In this document: positions 57,501-64,000 of the stretch, piece by piece
Numbering within the stretch: position 1 is the first letter of the stretch
Layout: the number at the start of each line of letters is the position of its first letter
Source of the DNA: Polyangiales bacterium
GTDB lineage: Bacteria; Myxococcota_A; Polyangia; Polyangiales; Polyangiaceae
Direction: 5' to 3'
DNA: 64,000 nt
NCBI GenBank assembly: GCA_038230375.1
Contig: JBBRNJ010000023.1
Location: 42,452 to 106,451, forward strand
Notes under the pieces: model-generated
What the model was told of the DNA's origin: nothing
The model's database searches: none
Seen by the model: only the letters and a program-made list of their open reading frames with translations
Program-made: the position numbers and the translations under genes

Positions 57501-58296
57501 CCGAAGCGCTGCTGCCGACAAGCAACTCGATCTCGTACTTGCCGTCGGCGACCTTGCGACCAAGTAGCGGATCCGGGGCGAGCGTGTTCACGCTCACACT
57601 GCGCTCGAGCGTCGCGTCGTCGAAGTCGAGGTTGGAGATCGCCTCGACGGTAGCGTCCATGGCCATCACGTCGTCGGCGGAGTCGTGCGTGGGCCCGAGC
57701 CGGCCCGGCGCCGTTGATGGAGGCGAGACCTGGACCTTCGGCTGCGACTCGCGCTGCGGAACTGTCTGGTCTGGCAGATCAAGAATGCTCGTGCCTTCGA
57801 GGCTGCCGAACGTGGGCCGAAGGACGGGAGTCATGGTGTCGTCGACGTCCGCGGGGAAGGGCAGCTCACCGAGCGAGGCGAACTCGAAAGCGTCGGCGGG
57901 GCCGATCTCTTCGAACTCTTCCTCTGACGGCCCTGGCATGGCCGCGCCCATCTGCATCAGCTCTGCTTCGAGGGGGTCTTCGGGCTCGTCGATGGGGCTC
58001 GTGCGGCGCTCCGCTTCGAGCTTCGCGATGATCGCGAAGAGCTCTCCGAACTGCTCATCCGAGCGCGGCCGCAAACGCAGCGGGTATGTGCCCTCGACCA
58101 TGGCTCCGTCGACCTCTGCGTGGACGACGACGCGGTCGGTGCGTCCCGTGATCTCGAGCAGCAGCGGTCCCTTCTTGGGCGGCGGCTCCATCAAGCGCAC
58201 GCGCAGCACCTCCTCGGAGAGCGTGGCCTTGAGCGCCTCCATGAAATCGCTCTGGTTGTAGAGCCGTACGGGGATGGTTTGCGGGGGAGCGGGCAC
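54595..58296 (-). CDS. Large cytoplasmic Ser/Thr protein kinase with an N-terminal beta domain (PilZ-like, tentative) and C-terminal helical HEAT-like repeats
   Basis: VAIK, HRDVKPEN, DFG, GTPEYMAPEQ; Gly-loop reads GSSASG; DEAVRAAALFA repeats; no TM seen. Confidence 0.88.
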   Translation of the reverse strand: MPAPPQTIPVRLYNQSDFMEALKATLSEEVLRVRLMEPPPKKGPLLLEITGRTDRVVVHAEVDGAMVEGTYPLRLRPRSDEQFGELFAIIAKLEAERRTSPIDEPEDPLEAELMQMGAAMPGPSEEEFEEIGPADAFEFASLGELPFPADVDDTMTPVLRPTFGSLEGTSILDLPDQTVPQRESQPKVQVSPPSTAPGRLGPTHDSADDVMAMDATVEAISNLDFDDATLERSVSVNTLAPDPLLGRKVADGKYEIELLVGSSASGAVYKAKHIGLRRAVAIKVLHPHFQADPEFMKRFHREALAASQLDHPNIMRVLDFGQEARDGLVYIVMEFLQGASLQARLHEEGKFTPERAVATVSQVLGALAVAHEQGIIHRDVKPENIVIVRGRDEDGGAIEVVKVCDFGIAALQNMHPDDPTPQAMEASELAKSIGAGYLCGTPEYMAPEQARGEITDPRSDVYACACTLYELLTGRTPFEGMAPMEIIVAQSTMPVPPLAQIAPGIPSQLAEVIMGALSKAPEERPQNARQFRTALREALEAAAPKPVKKTPSIVARSSGTFDVEAGLAAFTMFFATAVLGTGGFRKENAAKFAAQWSDGQKLLSSLLDTRREMTFVRRDTERAIGFFALLGDGEAIDLKKLFGKESYEKVGAVFVTELARPGIAALTLQREVTDVALAGLVGMLRGPPEEAARAIASARLTGVSAIFPNEIVGRDRRLSWKVGLSASRFARDLALLQRTNANAETMSAATQALVLRSTRVLTKAEELRQLLVNIDLGAARGARVDGLAAATIASLSLARCMDVASLLVSDLDQKDGPERERSAGLLGLMGRRLVRERTPEMFEVLCEIGLRGLVPLHELPNDIALVIGAEQLAETIARSPEKYLATLTALMDERALQSELTVLKGALKILAKRGEANAILSTVGTLARMAGNKGQTGSIRERLSFKVITSIVDEDRLVPIANVLMVGQPHSRDAARQLLALAGEAGARALVRARTTLREPTGRAHFVMALKETGAHGSNVVAKTLAHVDIVKDGVDLSFVEDLLRGVPAHADVAVANEIGRFLRHRTLRGVALYAYAEVSGDRAREMVMDSLEHPDEAVRAAALFAAARLNVIDDAVVGSIERLFARPGPGQQVRRAAVTALGSAQNGVPRSRAVGVLARLVEGKAGLFSKLRAGEPQVEEPAFVLDAARSLLALDRAEGIRTIVARAGRSSRELASQLEHLIETSSQKRALP

Positions 58297-58444
58297 TCGT
58301 TATTCAGGTTAGACGACCACCGGAAAATGTCCCTGGTGAGCTGTAGGGGCGCGACGTTTTCGATCCGTACTGGTCAACGCGGTTACCAGACGCTCTCTTA
58401 CACTCCCCAACTGCGGACGCGCACACGCGCTCACGTCGGCACCG

Positions 58445-59383
58445 TCAGATCGGTTCGACGTGGAAGCGTTGTCGCAACTCCGCGAGAGGCGTGGCGAAGT
58501 CGTCCTTGAACCGCCAGTCGACCGAGAGGTCGCAGTTCACCTTGGCCCCGCGCGCGTGGTGAGCAAGGTAGCGACGCGGCTCGATGTTGTCTGGTACGCC
58601 GGGCGCGAACGGGGAGATCCGCAGCCCCACCTGGAACTGCAGGACCGAGGTGAACACCCAGAAGAACGGATCCTCGCGTCGGAATCCGGCCATGAAGGCG
58701 ACCACCTCTGCTTCGCCGCGCGGGTCCGTCGCATAGCCGCCGATGACGTGAATCATGTCGTGCCAGACGCCGCGCTCGCCGATCGGACCCTCACCGGGGA
58801 ACGTCAGCTCGTTCTTCGTGATGAGCTCGAAGTAGACGCGTCCCAGCGTCCCTTCTGGCAGCTCGCCCAGCGCTATGTACTTCCGCGTGACGTCCGCGTC
58901 GTGGCCAAGGCCGACGAGCGGGGCGAACGTCATGTAGAGACCGCGGAGGCCTTCCTCGTGCGCGGTCTTCAGGAGCTCCGTCTTCGCGTAGCCCTTGCGC
59001 GTGAGATCGAATTTCATGAACTCGAGACGACCGCTCGCAAGCTGGCGCAGGTTCTGGACGCGTGGCTCGGAGACCGCGAGCACCTCCGCGAAACGCGCGA
59101 CGATATCTGCCTCCGCAGCGTTGCCGGTTCCGTCCATGATCGCCATGAGCAGCATCGACTGCACCACGTGCTCGCGCTCCACGGGAGACAGCTCCAAGAG
59201 GGCCGGGTCGTCGGCGGAGATCGCGTTCACTGCCGACAGCGGTGACGAGAGCGCGAGCGCTGCATGCGCGGCCGTGAGCAGCTCGCGTTCCTTCGGAGAC
59301 TCCGGGCCGTCGGCGAGCGCAACGGTGCGCATGGCGGACAGCAGGAGCGAGGCGTGGGCGGGCGCAACGTCGAAGAGGAACAT
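58445..59383 (-). CDS. TerB-like N-terminal domain fused to Coq4-like domain
   Basis: ALADG..ERELL and IMDG..EADIV (TerB-like); LPEGTLG and HDMIH-x11-E (Coq4 motif). Confidence 0.65.
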   Translation of the reverse strand: MFLFDVAPAHASLLLSAMRTVALADGPESPKERELLTAAHAALALSSPLSAVNAISADDPALLELSPVEREHVVQSMLLMAIMDGTGNAAEADIVARFAEVLAVSEPRVQNLRQLASGRLEFMKFDLTRKGYAKTELLKTAHEEGLRGLYMTFAPLVGLGHDADVTRKYIALGELPEGTLGRVYFELITKNELTFPGEGPIGERGVWHDMIHVIGGYATDPRGEAEVVAFMAGFRREDPFFWVFTSVLQFQVGLRISPFAPGVPDNIEPRRYLAHHARGAKVNCDLSVDWRFKDDFATPLAELRQRFHVEPI

Positions 59384-59393
59384 CGCGTCGATT

Positions 59394-60785
59394 CTACGCC
59401 GTTGGCGGCCAGCCTGCGTCACGGGCAGCCTGGCCCATGGGAAGATCCAGGATGAACGTGGCGCCACCGCCTGGCGTGGCCTCGTGCGTCAGCATTCCGC
59501 CGTGCGCCTTTGCGATGCGCTGCACGAACGGCAGCCCCAATCCCGTGCCGGACGAGCGCGTCGTGAAGAAAGGAACGTAGATTCTGTCCGCGAATTCTGC
59601 GGGAACCCCGGCGCCATCGTCCGTCACGCAGAGGCGCATCCACGACGCACCAAGCCGCTTCGCCGTCACGCGCACGGGCTGCTTCCTACGCTCGGCCTGG
59701 ACGGCGTTCGTGACCAGATTCATGAGCGCTTGCCGAACGAGCCTCGGATCCATCTCGACGTCGGGCAGGGTCGTGTCGACATACACGTCCACAGCCTCGC
59801 CGCTGCCGACCTGCACTCCTTCGGCGATGCTCTCGAGCATGGGACGAACATCGGAGCGTGCCAGGCGAGCATCCACGGGCCGCGCGAACTCCAGGAAGTC
59901 ATCGACCAACCGCTTCAGGCGCCCGGCCTCCTCCTCGATGATGGTGAGCAGCTTGTCGCTCTCCTTCGGGTTCTTCCGGAGAAGCGCGGCGGCGTTGAAG
60001 ATGACGGCCGTGGGGCTCCGCACCTCGTGGGCGACGACTGCGGACATCTCTCCCACGGCGGCCAGACGCTCGTTCTCGATCAGGCCGTGCTGCGCGCTCT
60101 CGAGCTGTCGCGCGTTCTGGATGAAGCGCACGCCCAGCGCGCTTCCGGTCAGGAGGACCAGCACCAGGAACCCCAGGTCCAGGAGATAAGGCGTCTTGAT
60201 CGCGTCGGCGCTCACCAGCGCATCGTTCAGTCCCGCGGTGAGCATCGCGCACAGGCCCAGGGCCTCCGCGCGCTCGGTCTTGGTCGCCTTCCGGAAGCGG
60301 CGCAGCGCTCGCCAGACAAGGATGCAGGCGTTGAGCACGCAGAAGCCGGACACCGCGTCGCCGAGCAGGGTCGTCCGTGCATCGATGTAGTCGATGCCGA
60401 GCGCGGGCACCTGGTGGAGCCACACCTCGTCCTTTGCCAGGAGATGCGGCCACAGACCAAGCAGGCCACCAAGGAGCACACCCACGCAGAGCGCACGTTC
60501 CACAGCGCGAAGCTGCCTGTCGTCTCTATATGCAGTATACACGTACCAGGTGACGCCCTGGAGCGCGATGAACAGCATCGCAAAGCGCATCCCGAACCGC
60601 GCAAGCCCGACCGACGGTGACGCGAGCATCGCGTTGGTGGCTGCGTAGAGCGCACTCCACAGGCACGCGGCGGAGAAGTATCGCAGCCCGCGCATGTGCG
60701 GCGCGGACGAGACGAACCACGTGATCGCCGCGAAGAGCAGCCCCACGAAGCACACCGCGGAAGAGACGAGCGTGGCAAGGTTCAC
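59394..60785 (-). CDS. Membrane sensor histidine kinase (multi-TM input, HisKA, HATPase)
   Basis: About 7 TM segments; AHEVRSP; NLVTNA, DDGAG, PFFTT, GTGLGL. Confidence 0.92.
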   Translation of the reverse strand: MNLATLVSSAVCFVGLLFAAITWFVSSAPHMRGLRYFSAACLWSALYAATNAMLASPSVGLARFGMRFAMLFIALQGVTWYVYTAYRDDRQLRAVERALCVGVLLGGLLGLWPHLLAKDEVWLHQVPALGIDYIDARTTLLGDAVSGFCVLNACILVWRALRRFRKATKTERAEALGLCAMLTAGLNDALVSADAIKTPYLLDLGFLVLVLLTGSALGVRFIQNARQLESAQHGLIENERLAAVGEMSAVVAHEVRSPTAVIFNAAALLRKNPKESDKLLTIIEEEAGRLKRLVDDFLEFARPVDARLARSDVRPMLESIAEGVQVGSGEAVDVYVDTTLPDVEMDPRLVRQALMNLVTNAVQAERRKQPVRVTAKRLGASWMRLCVTDDGAGVPAEFADRIYVPFFTTRSSGTGLGLPFVQRIAKAHGGMLTHEATPGGGATFILDLPMGQAARDAGWPPTA

Positions 60786-60825
60786 GGCGAGCGCATCCTA
60801 CAAGGTTGGGCCCCCGCGAACGAAC

Positions 60826-62406
60826 TCAGATGGTGACCTCGGCCATCATGATCGGCGGGATGTGCATCATGGTGATCTGCGGCGTCTGCGGCGCGGTGTC
60901 CTTCGCCATCTCCAGCGCCTCCGCCATGGTGCGCGCGGTCTCGTAGCCGAGCAGCTTGGGGATGTACTCGTTGTCGGCGCCAACGACGATCACGCGGCCC
61001 AGGTGCTGACGCCCGGCCTCGCCCCAGTACCACATGAAGAAGGGGTGAGCCGGGTGGTACGCGTTGCCGGTGCGGTACATCTGGATGTACGCCGGGTTCG
61101 ACGCGAACTTCTTCTCGTACCGCTTGTGCAGCTCCATCGCGTCGCGCGTCTCGGGCAGCAGGTTGTGCACGAACTCGATGTAGGCAGCGTGGTGGTTCTT
61201 GTCGAACTCGTCGGTGCACGGGTGGCAGATGATCATGGTGCCGCCCTTCTTCACGAGCGGCGAGCCCTTGTAGAGATTGAACAGGTAGCCCTGCGCCATG
61301 ACCGAGACGAGCAGCGGATTCAGGAACGAGTTCACGTTGTACGGCGAGATGTACGGGATGCCCGACACCAGGATGTCCGCCTGGCCCTTGATGGGCACCA
61401 TGTACTGCTCGTTGCACTTCGCGAGCGTGTGCTCGTGCGCGGCCTCGGTCTCGCCGGCGAAGACGCCCGTCACGCCGTAGGGTGACGGAACGCGCTGAAA
61501 AATAGCCTGACGCGCGGGCTGCGGCACCTTGCTGAGCGTGAAGGTGAGCGCCTTCAGCGCGGTCTTCTCGCCGCTCGTGAGGTCGTCCTCGTTCTTGTGG
61601 AGGAACTCGAGCGGGCGGTCGAACATGTTGTTGTTCACCGTGGTCTCGATGGTGAACACGTTCAGGTTCTTGTTCGTGATCTTCCCCATGCGGTTCACGC
61701 TGTCGGCCAGCGCGGAGGACTTCGGGTCCATGTACGAGTGGCACTTGCGCATGGTGCTGGGGTTGTGGTGCGCCATGAGGCTCTTGTAGCCACACAGACC
61801 AACCGTGACGGACTTGTGCCCGCCGTCCATGGGGACCAGGTTCAGGTTCACGTAGATCACCAGGTCGCTCTCGACGGCCTTGCGATTGAGCTCCACGACC
61901 TCGCCCTGGTCGGTGGTGCCGACCTCCTTCATGCCCTTCGGATCTTCGGCGTCGTGGTTGTAGAGGCGGTCCGGGTAGTAGGCCTTGAAGATCTTGTCGC
62001 CGACGATGTGGCGGATCTCTTCGCCGGTCATGCGGCGGTGCACGGACGTGGCGATGATCATCTCCACGTCTTCCACGCCATGATCCGCGAGCATCTCGAG
62101 CACGACGGTGAGCACGCGCTCGCGAACGTCGGGCCGCTTCATGGGCGGCAGCGGGAGCGAGATGTCGTCGATCGCGATGACGACCTTCATGCCCGGTCGC
62201 AGCTTCGCGTGAAGCGGGTCCGAGTTGTAAGGATGGTTCAGCGCGTACCGGATCGCCGCGTCCACGTCCTTCAAGGGAGCGAGCGGCTTCTTCGGATAGA
62301 TGACGCGCGTGCCCGGCGGCATGTCGACCTCGATGAGCCGGTCCCCCGAAAAAATAGTCCGGGGAGCACTTCGACGGTCCAGCGTGACGACGAGCGGGTG
62401 AGTCAT
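60826..62406 (-). CDS. Lactate racemase (LarA/DUF2088) domain-containing protein
   Basis: VVIAIDDISLP, ATSVHRRMT, NHDAED, DGGHKS, KKGGTMII. Confidence 0.75.
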   Translation of the reverse strand: MTHPLVVTLDRRSAPRTIFSGDRLIEVDMPPGTRVIYPKKPLAPLKDVDAAIRYALNHPYNSDPLHAKLRPGMKVVIAIDDISLPLPPMKRPDVRERVLTVVLEMLADHGVEDVEMIIATSVHRRMTGEEIRHIVGDKIFKAYYPDRLYNHDAEDPKGMKEVGTTDQGEVVELNRKAVESDLVIYVNLNLVPMDGGHKSVTVGLCGYKSLMAHHNPSTMRKCHSYMDPKSSALADSVNRMGKITNKNLNVFTIETTVNNNMFDRPLEFLHKNEDDLTSGEKTALKALTFTLSKVPQPARQAIFQRVPSPYGVTGVFAGETEAAHEHTLAKCNEQYMVPIKGQADILVSGIPYISPYNVNSFLNPLLVSVMAQGYLFNLYKGSPLVKKGGTMIICHPCTDEFDKNHHAAYIEFVHNLLPETRDAMELHKRYEKKFASNPAYIQMYRTGNAYHPAHPFFMWYWGEAGRQHLGRVIVVGADNEYIPKLLGYETARTMAEALEMAKDTAPQTPQITMMHIPPIMMAEVTI

Positions 62407-62505
62407 GACGAGGCGGGGATTAGCACAGGTCCAAACCAGCCAGAAAGCCCGCGAGCCGCGTAAAAATCACCACTGCGTCCAACGTTACGCAGTCTCTCCG
62501 GCGCG

Positions 62506-63000
62506 CTACCTCACGCAGCGGAAGACGTGCTGCTCCGACGCTGGTTTGGATACTGCCTCACCGGTGTCAAAGCTCACGGCATAGACGTCGACTGGCGGCC
62601 CGACTCCGACGCTGTCCGAGCGCGTGTACGTCCAGAACGGTCCCACCGGAGTCTTGGGAAACGCGTTCTGATCGATCGCGCGCAAGACGGTCTGCCCAGC
62701 CTGGAACTCCTGGTGTGGATCTTCGTCCACGATCGTGAGCAGCTCCTTCAGCGTCGGTAGACGGAAGCCGCCGTTAAGGTTCTCGTCCTTCACCGTGTTC
62801 TGACAGACGCTGACGGCGTTCGCGAACGTCGTCGTAGACTGTACGGTGCGCGTCCATGTCAGCTGGGTGTACCTGTCGACGATCGTCGTGGAGTCGCCCG
62901 TGAAGGATGCATATTGATCGCCAGGTGCGTCCGCGCGCACTGTCGCCGCGAGGAAGAGCACCCCGAGTGGTAGCAACGTCCTGAGAAGGAATCTGCTCAT
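62506..63000 (-). CDS. DUF1566 (Lcl C-terminal-like) secreted protein
   Basis: Signal peptide; VDRYTQLTW, FRLPTLKELLTIVD, FWT, FRCVR. Confidence 0.82.
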   Translation of the reverse strand: MSRFLLRTLLPLGVLFLAATVRADAPGDQYASFTGDSTTIVDRYTQLTWTRTVQSTTTFANAVSVCQNTVKDENLNGGFRLPTLKELLTIVDEDPHQEFQAGQTVLRAIDQNAFPKTPVGPFWTYTRSDSVGVGPPVDVYAVSFDTGEAVSKPASEQHVFRCVR

Positions 63001-63710
63001 CAGCTGCCCAACACGCAGCGGACGTAGCCGCCAGAGCCGAGGTTATCGAAAGGCAGGGGAACGGAGCTTGTGTTCACGGTCGCCCGGAAATTCACCTTCC
63101 AGAAAACGAGCGGCTTCGTGAGCGGTCGTACAGGGCTTGCCGTCCAGTACGCGCCGTTTTTGGCGTCGAAGATTGCGTTGATCTTCGGAGTCGCGGGGCT
63201 GTCTGGAATGCTGTCGTCGAGGATCGACACTAGCTCGATGCGCGTCGGCAGGCGCCATGTGGAGCCGAGGCTCTTGCAGCTGTCGCGCGCGGCCTCGAAC
63301 GAGTCCACCGACGGCAAAGTGGAAGACCACGTCAGCTTGGTCACTGTGTCAACGACAGAGCCGTCCACCTTGCTGTAGCTCTGCAACGGTCCTGCATCGA
63401 CGGAGCCGAGCACGTTGTCGGGCATCCTCCAGTGCGCCCACGTCGCGGGCTGCGCGCCGGGCGGGAGCACGATGACCTGCACGTCGCTCCCGCTGTCCCT
63501 CGAGCCGGTGTCCGTGTCTGTGTTGCCGTCCGTGGCGGTGCCGTCCAGCGCGCTCGCGTCTCCCGGCACATCCTCGCCGTCGGAGTATTTGTCCGTGCCC
63601 AGGATCTGGTTGCACGCGACGAGTCCACCCAGCGCGAGCAACGCGGTGAGCAGCGCGCCCAACGCGCGTTTTGTGGCATGGAGATCAGAATGTCGATCAG
63701 AAGGTCCCAT
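63000..63710 (-). CDS. DUF1566 lipoprotein
   Basis: LVACNQILG lipobox; VVDTVTKLTW, WRLPTRIELVSI, YWTAS, VRCV; start uncertain. Confidence 0.8.
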   Translation of the reverse strand: MGPSDRHSDLHATKRALGALLTALLALGGLVACNQILGTDKYSDGEDVPGDASALDGTATDGNTDTDTGSRDSGSDVQVIVLPPGAQPATWAHWRMPDNVLGSVDAGPLQSYSKVDGSVVDTVTKLTWSSTLPSVDSFEAARDSCKSLGSTWRLPTRIELVSILDDSIPDSPATPKINAIFDAKNGAYWTASPVRPLTKPLVFWKVNFRATVNTSSVPLPFDNLGSGGYVRCVLGS

Positions 63711-63999
63711 GAACCCCCGCCGCTCCGAGCCCCACGTACGGCTCAATCTTCGTTCCGCCCTGCTTCTGGTCCTTGCCGCTGATCACGAAGCCCGTGATCG
63801 CGAGCCCCACGCCCACGCCGCCGATGATCCACGCGACGCTGGAGATGTTCCCCGCGGTCTGCGACGTGTGCAGATGATTTTGCGGACTGCCGGACGGACA
63901 TTTGTTGTCTGGGCACTCGCCGTCCTTCGGTTGGCTGCTGATCGCAACGAGTCCGCTGATGGAGCCGACGGCGACGCCGGTCGCTGCGAGCCCGATGCC
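63697..63999 (-). CDS. C-terminal fragment of a myxobacterial PEGA/TPR-type membrane protein (runs off the window; absent from the ORF track)
   Basis: Translates GIGLAATGVAVGSISGLVAI..ECPDNKC..WIIGGVGVGLAITGFVI..PYVGLGAAGVHGTF*. Confidence 0.6.
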   Translation of the reverse strand, partial: GIGLAATGVAVGSISGLVAISSQPKDGECPDNKCPSGSPQNHLHTSQTAGNISSVAWIIGGVGVGLAITGFVISGKDQKQGGTKIEPYVGLGAAGVHGTF

Positions 64000-64000
64000 G

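Noticed and set aside
58297..58444. Longer intergenic region as a possible ncRNA or riboswitch
   Set aside because: No recognisable RNA family motif or strong hairpin; more likely promoter DNA.

Overview
A gene-dense, high-GC window that looks myxobacterial (Polyangiaceae/Labilithrix-like), judged from MYXO-CTERM tails, PEGA and DUF1566 lipoproteins, Hanks-type Ser/Thr kinases and an ElbD-like lipid enzyme. It holds about 44 coding regions. I found no rRNA, tRNA, CRISPR array or mobile element. The best candidate for an undescribed system is at ~37.2-43.9 kb. There a lipoprotein with atypical (PI3/4K/HipA/CotH-like) kinase motifs is transcribed divergently from an NTT/TLC-type nucleotide (ATP/ADP) transporter, which is split by a 1-bp frameshift and is translationally coupled to an Omp85/BamA-TamA-like barrel. 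An exported PAP2 phosphatase and a second barrel-like protein lie next to it. The inferred model is an extracytoplasmic kinase module with its own ATP supply. Other notable items: a maleylacetate reductase-homogentisate dioxygenase fusion; GST-ABM and TerB-Coq4 fusions; an ElbD-like enzyme with an extra SCP2 domain and possible dispersed partner genes; a DUF2126/CP-ATP-grasp/alpha-E/transglutaminase operon; four sigma54-type promoters upstream of exported proteins; frequent leaderless-type -10 boxes; and a TCGAC(C/T) repeat family in both coding and intergenic DNA. All family calls come from reading motifs by eye, with no database searches.
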